Positions 19,073-28,781 of a stretch of 64,000 nucleotides of DNA are shown here, one piece after another. The translations under genes were made by a program, and so were the position numbers. This DNA comes from Candidatus Margulisiibacteriota bacterium (lineage in GTDB: Bacteria; Margulisbacteria; Marinamargulisbacteria; JBFWNS01), in assembly GCA_050250935.1 (NCBI GenBank), contig JBFWNS010000009.1:1-64000 (forward strand). Reading direction: 5' to 3'. The notes under the pieces are model-generated. The model did no database searches and was not told where the DNA came from. It saw nothing but the letters and a program-made list of their open reading frames with translations. Position 1 is the stretch's first letter. Every line of letters starts with the position of its first letter.

Positions 19073-20095
19073 CTATAAATAGTGTGCGACTAAAGGCAAT
19101 CCAGTGCCTTCAGGCAGACCAAATTGAATGTTCATATTTTGAATGGCTTGGCCCGATGCCCCTTTAATGAGGTTGTCCAAAGCCGAAAACACCACCAGGG
19201 TTTTAAGCGGTTCAATCCATTTAAACCCAATCATGCAAACATTTGATCCCTTCACCCAGCGGGTAGAGGGAATTCCTTTTTCAAGCACATGCACACAGGG
19301 TCGATTTAAATAGGCCTTTTTATACAAAGCCACCACATCCTCGACGGCTGTCGACGCTTCCAAAGGCACATACATCGACGACAATATCCCCCGATTCATG
19401 GGCACCAAATGCGGCGAAAACAAAACCGAAATCCCCAGGGTATTTTCCATTTCGGGCACATGGCGATGGGAATAGGTTCCATAGGGCATAAAGGCTTCGT
19501 TGGCCTCGCAAAAAAGCGAAGATTCCTTCAGGGCTTTTCCGGCGCCAGTCACCCCAGATTTCGAATCCACAACCACATGGGTTTGAATCAACCCAGCACT
19601 GGCCAAGGGGTGTAGCCCAAGAACCACAGAGGTGGCATAGCAGCCGGGATTCGCCACCACTTTCGCAGCTTGAATGGCCTCAAAATTAATTTCTGAAAAC
19701 CCAACGGCGGCAGATCCCAATCGATTGGGATCCTCGTGGTCATGACCATAGTATGTGGCATATTGTTTGGCATCTGGCAGTCGGAAATCGGCCGACAAGT
19801 CGATGATTTTGAGGCCGGGATTGGTCAACAACTGCCCCATATATTTCTGGCTTTGGCCATGAGGCAACGCCAAAAAAACCACTTCTACTTGAGGGTCTTT
19901 GGCAAAGGTTGTGGGATCAAAGACCTCAAAGACCAAGGGCAAAGCCGACAAATGGGGAAAAACATCCCCAATGGCGATTCCTGCATGTTGGCGCGAAAAG
20001 ATTCGGGTCAGCGTAACTTTGGGGTGATCCAACAGAATGCGGGCCAGTTCAAGGCCTGTATATCCCGTTGTTCCAACGATGGCGGCGCGAATCAT
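19073..20095 (-). CDS. argC: N-acetyl-gamma-glutamyl-phosphate reductase
   Basis: IVGTTGYTG, LALPHG, DLSADFR, ANPGCY, SGVTGAG, DNLIKGASGQA. Start at MIRAA (20095). Confidence 0.96.
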   Translation of the reverse strand: MIRAAIVGTTGYTGLELARILLDHPKVTLTRIFSRQHAGIAIGDVFPHLSALPLVFEVFDPTTFAKDPQVEVVFLALPHGQSQKYMGQLLTNPGLKIIDLSADFRLPDAKQYATYYGHDHEDPNRLGSAAVGFSEINFEAIQAAKVVANPGCYATSVVLGLHPLASAGLIQTHVVVDSKSGVTGAGKALKESSLFCEANEAFMPYGTYSHRHVPEMENTLGISVLFSPHLVPMNRGILSSMYVPLEASTAVEDVVALYKKAYLNRPCVHVLEKGIPSTRWVKGSNVCMIGFKWIEPLKTLVVFSALDNLIKGASGQAIQNMNIQFGLPEGTGLPLVAHYL

Positions 20096-20099
20096 TCGG

Positions 20100-20447
20100 C
20101 TAGTTGGCTGCTTTAATGCGGTTTGCTTTGGCACCAACACGGTCGCGAAGATAGAACAAGCGGCCTCGTCTAACCTTACCCCGTTTGGTGACCTGAAGGT
20201 CAATCAACAATGGCGAATGCAAAGCAAAGGTTTTTTCAACACCAATTTGATCGATAACTTTGCGAACCGTTACGCTGGCTCGGGACAAAACCCCTTTGCG
20301 CTCGGTAACTGTGCCTTCAAATTTTTGAGGGCGCTTTTTTTTGCCTTCAACAATCATGGTCGTAACCACGATGGTATCCCCAACATTGAATTCGGGGATG
20401 GATTCTTTCATTTGGCTTTTTTCAAATTCTAAAATGATCTGACTCAT
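20100..20447 (-). CDS. rplS: 50S ribosomal protein L19
   Basis: FNVGDT, FEG, TVRK..GVEK.F..HSP, RGKVRR. Confidence 0.95.
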   Translation of the reverse strand: MSQIILEFEKSQMKESIPEFNVGDTIVVTTMIVEGKKKRPQKFEGTVTERKGVLSRASVTVRKVIDQIGVEKTFALHSPLLIDLQVTKRGKVRRGRLFYLRDRVGAKANRIKAAN

Positions 20448-21177
20448 GGTTTTTCTCCTTTAAAATATCAACAATAAATGTTTGTTCTTTGGGGGTTAAG
20501 GACGCTTTGGCCAAGACATCTGGACGGTTGAAAAGGGTTTCGCGTAGGGATTCTTTTCGCTTCCAATCCGCAATCTGCTGATGATGACCAGACCGTAGAA
20601 TATCAGGTACTTCGATATTGTTCCACTGCACAGGTTGGGTGTATTGCGCATGCTCGAGCAATCCGGACGAAAAACTATCTTCCACAGGACAAGCATCATT
20701 GCCCAATACCCCGGGCAATAGCCTTAAAATCGCATCGGCCATCATCAGAGCCGGCAATTCGCCAGAGGTCAGCACAAAATCGCCAATCGAGACTTTTTCG
20801 ATGGGAAAACGCGAAAAAATACGCTCGTCTACCCCTTCGTAGTACCCCACAATAAACACAATCCCAGCTTCAGCAGACAACGCCTCTGCCCTCTTTTGAG
20901 AAAACCGCTGACCTTTTGGACAGCAATACAAAAGCCGATGGTTTTGATAGCCCTCGATACTTTCAATTGCCGCTGCCAAAACATCGGCCCGCATCAGCAT
21001 GCCCTGTTTACCCCCAAAGGGATAATCATCGACCCGCTTATGCTTATCTGTTGAAAAAGACCGGATGTTCAGAAACGACAGTTCGAACCGATTCTCGGCT
21101 AGTCGTCTTGCCAACAGGCCTTTTTCAAAATAAGCCTTCATCTCTTCTGGAAAAAGAGACAGAAACGTGATCTTCAC
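20422..21177 (-). CDS. trmD: tRNA (guanine37-N1)-methyltransferase
   Basis: LFPE, VDDYPFGG..GM, YEGVDER, SIGDFVLTSGE, QYTQP, SGHH. Confidence 0.96.
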   Translation of the reverse strand: MKITFLSLFPEEMKAYFEKGLLARRLAENRFELSFLNIRSFSTDKHKRVDDYPFGGKQGMLMRADVLAAAIESIEGYQNHRLLYCCPKGQRFSQKRAEALSAEAGIVFIVGYYEGVDERIFSRFPIEKVSIGDFVLTSGELPALMMADAILRLLPGVLGNDACPVEDSFSSGLLEHAQYTQPVQWNNIEVPDILRSGHHQQIADWKRKESLRETLFNRPDVLAKASLTPKEQTFIVDILKEKNHESDHFRI

Positions 21178-21183
21178 AAAAGA

Positions 21184-21621
21184 CTATTGTAGAGAAGCAG
21201 ATGTGGAGGAATTGATGTATTGAATCACACCATCTTTGATGATGATTTCCATCGCACCCAATTTTTCGTACAAATTGTCGCCTTCTTTGACCGATACAAA
21301 GCCATCAATCATGCCTTGAACAAAATAAGAGTTTAAGGCCAATTTTTTGGCTTCATCAATTCGCATCGGCAATTCTTGGAGGGCCAACCGGCTTTTTTCT
21401 TTTTCTGCTTCGAGTTGAAGGTGAATTTCACGCTTGGCTTCGGAATCGGGTTTTCCCAAAATTTTGATTTGTTGATCGATCTCTGCAATGCGTTGATTGG
21501 TTTTTTTGACTGCGTCTTCAAGTTCAAACAGCATGTATTCTTTGAACTTTTCGGTTACCACAGCTTTGATGGTGACCGTGCGCTTGAGGGTCACGGTTTT
21601 GGTGGATGATGCACTACTCAT
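21184..21621 (-). CDS. ylqD: YlqD family protein
   Basis: LKRTVTIKAVVTEKFKE...coiled coil...V.EGDNL..KL...EIIIKDGVI; position after khpA. Confidence 0.82.
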   Translation of the reverse strand: MSSASSTKTVTLKRTVTIKAVVTEKFKEYMLFELEDAVKKTNQRIAEIDQQIKILGKPDSEAKREIHLQLEAEKEKSRLALQELPMRIDEAKKLALNSYFVQGMIDGFVSVKEGDNLYEKLGAMEIIIKDGVIQYINSSTSASLQ

Positions 21622-21893
21622 TACAGTTCCTCTTGGACAGGTTCTTGAGCCGAAGCTTCTCGCTTGCTCATGATTTCTACAGTTACTTTTTTATCGTTCT
21701 TGGCGGCAGCCGCTTTGACAACGGTTCGAATGGCATTGGCAATGCGACCTTCTTTTCCGATGACTTTACCGACATCTTCTTGAGCCACATTAATTTCCAA
21801 AATAACGATGCTTTCGCCCGCTGTCTCATTAACGTGAACTTGGTTTGGATAATCCACTAGGGATCTGGCGATCATTTCAACCAACTGCTTCAT
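21621..21893 (-). CDS. khpA: KH-domain RNA-binding protein KhpA (YlqC)
   Basis: LVDYP..V, DVGKVIGKEGRIANAIRTVV. Confidence 0.93.
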   Translation of the reverse strand: MKQLVEMIARSLVDYPNQVHVNETAGESIVILEINVAQEDVGKVIGKEGRIANAIRTVVKAAAAKNDKKVTVEIMSKREASAQEPVQEEL

Positions 21894-21945
21894 TTTTGGT
21901 CACCACCCTTACTAAATGGAATCAAAGGGCCGCGCATAATCGAAA

Positions 21946-22251
21946 TTATGCGGCAGCCTTTTTATCTTTTCGAGAAAGACCTGGATTTTTAGGGGTCTTA
22001 GACACTTTGGGAACAATATCGGCTGTGCTGAACAAGCGATAAACCGTTTCTGAAGGTTGAGCACCAACAGACAACCAATGGGTTACGCGTTCTTGCTTTA
22101 GTTCCAAATGAATGGGAGATTTTCCGGGATCATAAGTTCCCAAAATTTCAACCACTTTTCCGTCACGAGGTGTTCTGCTATCGGCAACAACAATCCTGTA
22201 AAATGGGGCCTTCTTCTTTCCTAATCTCTGCAAACGAATTCTTACGGACAC
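21946..22251 (-). CDS. rpsP: 30S ribosomal protein S16
   Basis: VRIRLQRLGKKKAPFYRIVVADSR.PRDG...GTYDP, WLSVGAQPSETV; AGGAGGT SD. Confidence 0.97.
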   Translation of the reverse strand: MSVRIRLQRLGKKKAPFYRIVVADSRTPRDGKVVEILGTYDPGKSPIHLELKQERVTHWLSVGAQPSETVYRLFSTADIVPKVSKTPKNPGLSRKDKKAAA

Positions 22252-22278
22252 ATGTCACCTCCTGAAATAACTGTGGGG

Positions 22279-22307
22279 ATTATACTTACAAACCCAGATG
22301 TCATCAA
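22279..22307 (-). promoter_or_regulatory. sigma70-type promoter of the rpsP operon
   Basis: Minus strand TTGATG-17 nt-TATAAT. Confidence 0.7.
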
Positions 22308-23077
22308 GCTTTAACCGATGCAATAAAGCTAGCCACTGCTGCCACAGCCGCTTCCGGTTGCTTTTGATGGTCTTCAATCATTCGAACCAATCGACTGCCA
22401 ATGATGGCCCCTTCCGCGTAAGAGCAGACGGAATCGACGTGGGCTTTGGTGGCAATCCCAAACCCGATGGCAACTGGAACCGGTTTGATTTTTTTGATCT
22501 TCCGAACAAAGGCCGGCAATTCTTGGGATACGGTATCCCGTTCGCCTGTGGTGCCCGTTGTGGCAATCAAATACAAAAACCCCTCCGATGCTTGGACAAT
22601 CGCTTTTAAGCGCTCAGGGGGGCAGAGGGTGGAAACCAACAAAATCAAAGCCACGCCATGCTGCTTGGCCAAAAGCAAGTACTCTTCGGCCTCTTCAAAC
22701 AACAAATCGGGAATCACCACCCCATCCAATCCAGAGGCCTTGGCTTTTTTAAAGAAGGCTTCTGGGCCATATCTAAAAATAAGGTTTACAGACGACATAA
22801 ACACAACCGGTGTGGGGTGGGTTTTTCGAAGGGTTTCAAGAAACCCAAAGGCCTTGTTCAAATTCAATTTGGGGTCGGCGCACAAAGCGCGGTAATGCGA
22901 GGCTTGAATCACAGGACCATCGGCAACAGGGTCCGAAAAGGGAATCCCCAATTCAATGACATCTGCGCCAGCTTGAATTGCGGCTTTGACCAAATCCATG
23001 GTGACCTCTAGTGTGGGATCGCCCAAGGTAAAATACGGAATAAGACTGTTTGGCTTTAAGCTAAAATTAGACGCCAT
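22304..23077 (-). CDS. trpA: Tryptophan synthase alpha chain
   Basis: [32 protein letters not shown]. Confidence 0.96.
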   Translation of the reverse strand: MASNFSLKPNSLIPYFTLGDPTLEVTMDLVKAAIQAGADVIELGIPFSDPVADGPVIQASHYRALCADPKLNLNKAFGFLETLRKTHPTPVVFMSSVNLIFRYGPEAFFKKAKASGLDGVVIPDLLFEEAEEYLLLAKQHGVALILLVSTLCPPERLKAIVQASEGFLYLIATTGTTGERDTVSQELPAFVRKIKKIKPVPVAIGFGIATKAHVDSVCSYAEGAIIGSRLVRMIEDHQKQPEAAVAAVASFIASVKA

Positions 23078-24239
23078 GGTGCATCAATGTCCCCATATCT
23101 TTGTCTCCTCGTCCCGATACCGAAACCAAAATGGCCGATTGTTTCTTTTTAAAGACTGTATTTCGTTTTAAAACCGCAAACGCATGGGAGGTTTCCAAGG
23201 CCGGAATAATGCCTTCTTTTTCCGAAACCCAGCGACAGGCCTTGAGGGCTTCTTCGTCGGTTGCAGACGCCAAGGTAAGGCGTTGGGTGTCTTTTAGGTA
23301 GCTCAGTTCTGGTCCTACGCCGGGATAGTCCAATCCTGCCGAAATGGAGTGGGCCAATTCAACTTGACCATTTTCGTCCTGCAACAAGTAGGATTTACTG
23401 CCATGCAAAATACCAGGGGTCCCCAGGTGAAGCGCTGCAGAATGTTCCCCAGATTTGAGGCCGTGCCCTGCGGCTTCAACAGCAATCAAGGCCACCGATT
23501 TATCCTTAACAAAGGCATGAAACAGCCCCATGGCATTGGATCCACCGCCTACACAGGCCAGGGCCACATCGGGTAGACCTCCCGTGGCTTTTTTAAATTG
23601 GGCCTTCGCTTCTTTGCCAATCACAGACTGAAAATCCCGAACCATGGTAGGATACGGGTGAGGCCCAACCACAGAACCAATGATATAGAACGTATCTTTG
23701 ACATTGGCCATCCAATCGCGAATGGCCTGAGACGTGGCTTCCTTAAGGGTCTTGGCCCCCACAGAAACGGGTACCACGGTTGCGCCCAACAGTTTCATGC
23801 GGTAGACATTGAGGGCTTGTCTGGCCACATCTTCTTCGCCCATATAGACCACGCAGGGCAAACCCATGAGCGCACAGACGGTGGCCGTGGCTACCCCATG
23901 TTGGCCAGCACCAGTTTCGGCAATGATTCTTTTTTTATTCATCCGCTTGGCCAGCAGAATCTGGCCCAAGGCGTTGTTGATTTTATGGGCGCCGGTATGA
24001 TTCAAATCTTCGCGTTTTAAATAGATCCGATGCCCCACTTCTTTGGACAACCGATCCGCAAAAAAAAGCGGGGTTTCTCGACCCACATAATGGGTAAGAT
24101 AATACTGAAACTCGGCCAAAAAGGCCTTGTCTTTTTTAAAAAATGCATAGGCTTTGTCCAGCTCTTCTAGCGCAGCAAAAAGGGTGTCTGGAACATAGCG
24201 ACCCCCATAAACACCAAAATGTCCTTTGGGGGTCGCCAT
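23067..24239 (-). CDS. trpB: Tryptophan synthase beta chain
   Basis: [54 protein letters not shown]. Confidence 0.97.
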   Translation of the reverse strand: MATPKGHFGVYGGRYVPDTLFAALEELDKAYAFFKKDKAFLAEFQYYLTHYVGRETPLFFADRLSKEVGHRIYLKREDLNHTGAHKINNALGQILLAKRMNKKRIIAETGAGQHGVATATVCALMGLPCVVYMGEEDVARQALNVYRMKLLGATVVPVSVGAKTLKEATSQAIRDWMANVKDTFYIIGSVVGPHPYPTMVRDFQSVIGKEAKAQFKKATGGLPDVALACVGGGSNAMGLFHAFVKDKSVALIAVEAAGHGLKSGEHSAALHLGTPGILHGSKSYLLQDENGQVELAHSISAGLDYPGVGPELSYLKDTQRLTLASATDEEALKACRWVSEKEGIIPALETSHAFAVLKRNTVFKKKQSAILVSVSGRGDKDMGTLMHHGV

Positions 24240-24247
24240 GGGGTCTC

Positions 24248-25516
24248 TTATTCGCTTTCGGAAGTGGCCTCTGCTTGGGCAGAAGGGGCTTCAGGCTTTG
24301 CTTCGAGGGCTTTAATGGAGAGACCAATGCGCTGTTCTGAGGGCAATACTTTGATGACTTGCGCCTTCACCACTTGGCCCGCTTTCACCACATCGTCAAC
24401 TTGATTCACCCGACTGTGAGACAACTCCGAAATGTGAATAAGCCCTTCGATATGATCTTCCAACTTCACAAATGCGCCAAAAGTTGCCACCCGAGTTACG
24501 GTACCATCCACCACTTGCCCAACGGCATATCGGTCTGCAACGGTGACCCAAGGATCGGATTCCAATTGCTTAAGTCCCAAGGAGATTTTGCAGTTTTCGC
24601 GGTCAATGCCAAGAATAAAGACTTTGATATCATCGCCGGTTTTAAGCAATTCGGTGGGATGACCGATTCGGGACCAAGACATTTCTGAAATGTGAACCAG
24701 TCCTTCTGCGCCACCCAAATCGACAAAGGCCCCAAAATCTTTGATGCTGGTGACTTTGCCTTCTCGAACTTGACCCACCTCGATAGAATCCAGCAATTTC
24801 AACACTTCTTCGCGGTTGGGCTTGGACTTGGCTTGTTTATGAGAAAACACAACCTTACGGCGTTTGCGATCCACTTGAATGACCGTTACGGTTAAAAAAG
24901 AACCTACAAAGTGATCCAAACTTTCGGAAGGATCGTGAAGCACTTGGGAAGCCGGGATAAACCCACGGATGCCGTTATAGTCGGATACCAATCCACCTTC
25001 GACCTTCGACACAATGCGAACATCGATGACATCCTTGGTTTTGGACAATTTGGACAAGGTATTCCAAGCCAATTCGTAGTCTGCACGTTTTTTGGACAGA
25101 ACGGTATACCCTTCCTTGGTTTCCAATTTCAGGATATACACATAAATTTCGTCACCCGATTTAACCGAGCTGGAAGATGCTTCTGGATCGTTGCTGAATT
25201 CGGCATTGGACACAAACCCATCGGCTTTGTAGCCAATGTCGACCAACAACCCACTTTTTTCGACGCTTCGCACGATACCTTTAATGATATCGCCTGCTTG
25301 ATAGTCGGCGACCGACATGGCAATTGCATCGGCAAAAGCATCTGATTTTTTATCGCCAGACTCTGTGGGGTATAGGCTTTTTTCAAACTCTGACATTTCC
25401 CCAATTTTGGTTGCGCGCAACTCTGTATCTGTGCTTACAACTTCCGATTCTTGCTTAACTGCAGCATTGAAATCGATGCTTTCTTTAAACTCCCCAATTC
25501 GTGTACCTTCCGACAT
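24248..25516 (-). CDS. rpsA: 30S ribosomal protein S1 (four S1 domains, acidic N-terminal extension)
   Basis: [43 protein letters not shown]...[10 protein letters not shown]. Confidence 0.9.
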   Translation of the reverse strand: MSEGTRIGEFKESIDFNAAVKQESEVVSTDTELRATKIGEMSEFEKSLYPTESGDKKSDAFADAIAMSVADYQAGDIIKGIVRSVEKSGLLVDIGYKADGFVSNAEFSNDPEASSSSVKSGDEIYVYILKLETKEGYTVLSKKRADYELAWNTLSKLSKTKDVIDVRIVSKVEGGLVSDYNGIRGFIPASQVLHDPSESLDHFVGSFLTVTVIQVDRKRRKVVFSHKQAKSKPNREEVLKLLDSIEVGQVREGKVTSIKDFGAFVDLGGAEGLVHISEMSWSRIGHPTELLKTGDDIKVFILGIDRENCKISLGLKQLESDPWVTVADRYAVGQVVDGTVTRVATFGAFVKLEDHIEGLIHISELSHSRVNQVDDVVKAGQVVKAQVIKVLPSEQRIGLSIKALEAKPEAPSAQAEATSESE

Positions 25517-25639
25517 AAAAAAGCCTCCATCCCGTTATTAAAACCACTGACTTAAGTTCAAAACATTCCAATGAAATGTGCCCAAATAGTAGTACATCTA
25601 CCTTGTTTTGTACACCCTGGAATGCTACACTTCGCCCCT

Positions 25640-26935
25640 ATGATTGAACGTTACAGTCGCACTCCCATGCGCAAAATTTGGGAACCCGAAAATAAATTTC
25701 AGCGTTGGCTCGATGTCGAATTGGCCGCCTGTTTTGTCCACATGAACTTGGGGAACATTCCCAAAGACGATTATGAAACCATCATTGAAAAAGCCAAGTT
25801 TGATGTAAAACGCATTAACGAAATCGAAGCAGAGGTTAACCACGATGTGATTGCCTTTTTGACATCCGTGGCCGAGTTTATTGGCCCAGCTTCGCGGTTT
25901 GTACATTTGGGACTGACCTCTTCGGATGTGGTTGATACCGCTTTTAGTTTGTTGATTCAAGATGCCGGAAAATTGCTTTTGGCCGACATCGACACCTTTA
26001 TGTCTAGCCTGAAAACCCAGGCGATTGCGCATAAACACACCTTGACCATGGGCAGAACCCATGGTGTTCACGCAGAGCCCACCACCTTTGGACTTAAAAT
26101 TGCCGTGTGGTACGAAGAAATGAAGCGCAACAAAGCTCGCTTGATCGAAGCGTTAGGCCATGTGAATGTGGGCAAGATTTCGGGTGCGGTTGGCAATTAT
26201 GCCCATATGCCCCCCGATGTTGAGGAAGCGGTTTGTTCGCGTTTGGGTCTGGAATGCGCCAAGGCTTCGACACAGATTTTGCAACGGGACCGCCATGCGC
26301 ATTTTATGACAACCCTGGCGATTATTGGGGGAACCCTTGAAAAAATCGCAACCGAAATTCGAGCCCTTCAAAAAACAGAATTTAATGAAGTGATCGAGCC
26401 GTTTTCTGCCAAACAAAAAGGGTCTTCGGCCATGCCTCACAAACGCAATCCGATTTTGTGTGAGCGTGTAACCGGACTTGCCCGCGTTTTGCGCGGTTTT
26501 TCCATGACAGCCTTAGAAAATCAAAATTTATGGCACGAGCGAGACATTTCGCATTCTTCGACCGAGCGGGTCATTTTTCCCGATGCCACCACCCTTCTCG
26601 ACTATATGTTTTCGCTGATGACCAAGGTGATCGACGGCATGACAGTTAATGCGGATCAAATGATGGAAAATATCGGTAGATCCTACAACGTGTTTTTCTC
26701 GCAACAACTGCTGTTGCGGTTGATCGAAAAAGGCATGACCCGTGAAGACGCTTATCGATTGGTGCAAAAAAATGCCATCGATTGTTTCGTGAATCGAGAG
26801 CTGTTTAACGACCGCATCCTGAACGAATCTGAGATTTTGAATCATTTGTCTAAAGACGAACTGAATACCATTTTCAGCTTCGACAAATACATTGCCCATG
26901 TCGACACCATTTTTGAGCGCGTCTTTACTGCATGA
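25640..26935 (+). CDS. purB: Adenylosuccinate lyase
   Basis: MIERYSR start; HDVIAF, HLGLTSSD, GRTHGVHAEPTTFG, GSSAMPHKRNP; TGcTACACT 8 nt upstream. Confidence 0.97.
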   Translation: MIERYSRTPMRKIWEPENKFQRWLDVELAACFVHMNLGNIPKDDYETIIEKAKFDVKRINEIEAEVNHDVIAFLTSVAEFIGPASRFVHLGLTSSDVVDTAFSLLIQDAGKLLLADIDTFMSSLKTQAIAHKHTLTMGRTHGVHAEPTTFGLKIAVWYEEMKRNKARLIEALGHVNVGKISGAVGNYAHMPPDVEEAVCSRLGLECAKASTQILQRDRHAHFMTTLAIIGGTLEKIATEIRALQKTEFNEVIEPFSAKQKGSSAMPHKRNPILCERVTGLARVLRGFSMTALENQNLWHERDISHSSTERVIFPDATTLLDYMFSLMTKVIDGMTVNADQMMENIGRSYNVFFSQQLLLRLIEKGMTREDAYRLVQKNAIDCFVNRELFNDRILNESEILNHLSKDELNTIFSFDKYIAHVDTIFERVFTA

Positions 26936-27747
26936 GTGTTGACCTGAATACCTATTTGCACGAATTGGAAATGGCCAAGTCTGTGCAGGAAGGCATTTTG
27001 TCGGTCCAACATGTTCAAAATTGCCCGGGCATTCAGGTTGTTCAACGCTGTGTTCCAGCCCAACGTTTGGCTGGGGATTTTTATGTTTTGAACACCAGAA
27101 GCGGAAAAAATCTGCCCCAACGCACGGCTATTCCGGGTGTGATTCAATTTAATGAATCTGCCGAAACGTTGGTGGATTTGGTGATTGGCGATGTGGCTGG
27201 TCATGGCATTTCTTCGGCCCTGATTATGTCGTTGGCCACCGTTTTATTGGAAGAAAACATTGGCAGCTGTGGATCGCCTAAAGCTGTTTTAGCCAAAACC
27301 AATGCCGATTTAATGAAATATTTGCAAGACTCTCCCCACCTGTTTGTGACCTTGTTTTATGCTTCTTATGGCCTGCAATCCAAGCGATTGACCTATGCCA
27401 AAGCGGGGCATCATCCCGTCGTGTTGTTGAGGGACGGGGTTTTAAGCGAATTGGATGTGGATGGCGACATGCTTGGACTGTATACGGAAGCTCTTTTTGA
27501 CGAGGCTACTGTGGAGCTTCAGTCCAAGGATCGGTTGCTGTTTTATACCGATGGTCTGATTGAAACGCAAAATGAAGCCGGAGAAGAGTTTGGATTGGAC
27601 CGGTTTAAGGCCGTTTTTTTGGCCCATCAACAGGATCCATTACCGGTTGTGATGGACGAACTTTTAACGGCCGTCACCACTTTTTCTGGGAACCGCCCCG
27701 GTCAAGACGACCAAACCGTGATTTTGGTTGAAACAACGGATGCCTAG
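26932..27747 (+). CDS. SpoIIE/RsbU-family PP2C protein phosphatase (stand-alone)
   Basis: AGDFY, IGDVAGHG, FVTLFY, AGH, FYTDGLIE, DDQT. Confidence 0.92.
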   Translation: MSVDLNTYLHELEMAKSVQEGILSVQHVQNCPGIQVVQRCVPAQRLAGDFYVLNTRSGKNLPQRTAIPGVIQFNESAETLVDLVIGDVAGHGISSALIMSLATVLLEENIGSCGSPKAVLAKTNADLMKYLQDSPHLFVTLFYASYGLQSKRLTYAKAGHHPVVLLRDGVLSELDVDGDMLGLYTEALFDEATVELQSKDRLLFYTDGLIETQNEAGEEFGLDRFKAVFLAHQQDPLPVVMDELLTAVTTFSGNRPGQDDQTVILVETTDA

Positions 27748-28708
27748 CGATTCGCTGATTTTAGGCATCGAAACCTCTTGCGACGAAACATCGGTTGCCT
27801 TTTTGGAAAATGGGACCACCCTTTTGAGCCTTCAGACCGCAACTCAACTTAAAAAGCACCAGAAATTTGGTGGTGTTGTCCCCGAACTGGCATCTCGACT
27901 GCACACCGAAATCCTACCCACTTTACTTCAAAAAGCCCTCTTGGAAAGTCAAAAAAGCCTCGACGACATTACCCACATTGCCGTTACCACAACACCGGGC
28001 TTGGAGGGGTCGCTTTTGGTTGGGGTGATGGCTGCCAAAACATTGGCCCTTGCTTTAAAGGTTCCAGTAATCGACGTGAACCATTTGCATGGGCACTTGT
28101 ATGCCAGCTATTTAAGCCCTACCCCACCCACGTTTCCCTATATCGGATTGATTGCGTCGGGTGGCCATACCCAATTGGTTTTGGTGAAGGCCCATTTTGA
28201 GTTTGAACTCTTGGGACAAACCCGAGACGATGCGGCTGGCGAAGCTTTTGATAAAGTGGGTCGGTTATTGGAACTGGGATATCCCGGCGGACCCGCCATC
28301 GAAGAACTGGCCAAATCCGGCAACCCCAAGGCTTTTTCCTTACCCATTGGGCTTCGGCACGATGCGTTTTCCTTTAGTTTTTCCGGCATCAAAACCGCTG
28401 TGATGCAAACCGTGAAGGCCAATCCCGAAATCCTGAGCAACGAACAGCTCAAAGCCGATTTATGCGCCAGCTTTCAACGGACTGTTATTGAAACGTTGTG
28501 GAAAAAAACAGCTGCGGCTTGCGAAGTTTATGGCTGTAGCAACCTGGTCGTTTCTGGTGGAGTCACAGCAAACCAAGCGCTGGCCAGCCATTTCCAAACC
28601 CAATGCCAAGAACAAGGTATTGATCTTCATATCCCAGACAAAGCGCTGTGCACCGACAACGCAGGGATGATTGCAATGGCTGGGTTTTATAGACTGACTC
28701 AAGAATAG
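27740..28708 (+). CDS. tsaD: tRNA N6-adenosine threonylcarbamoyltransferase
   Basis: LGIETSCDETS, GGVVPELASRLH, NHLHGH, SGGHT, DDAAGEAFDK, CTDNAGMIA. Confidence 0.96.
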   Translation: MPSDSLILGIETSCDETSVAFLENGTTLLSLQTATQLKKHQKFGGVVPELASRLHTEILPTLLQKALLESQKSLDDITHIAVTTTPGLEGSLLVGVMAAKTLALALKVPVIDVNHLHGHLYASYLSPTPPTFPYIGLIASGGHTQLVLVKAHFEFELLGQTRDDAAGEAFDKVGRLLELGYPGGPAIEELAKSGNPKAFSLPIGLRHDAFSFSFSGIKTAVMQTVKANPEILSNEQLKADLCASFQRTVIETLWKKTAAACEVYGCSNLVVSGGVTANQALASHFQTQCQEQGIDLHIPDKALCTDNAGMIAMAGFYRLTQE

Positions 28709-28781
28709 AACGACTGGCCGAGCTGTGGTACTCTAGGCTGTTTGTTCAAAAAAGGGCGTAGGATTTGAATCAGGAGGATCT

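Noticed and set aside
6737..25640. Longer ORF-track starts for gcvT, hisC, the ABC permease, cysE, argC and purB
   Set aside because: Most extensions overlap neighbouring genes; downstream starts fit the family N-termini, SD or promoter positions
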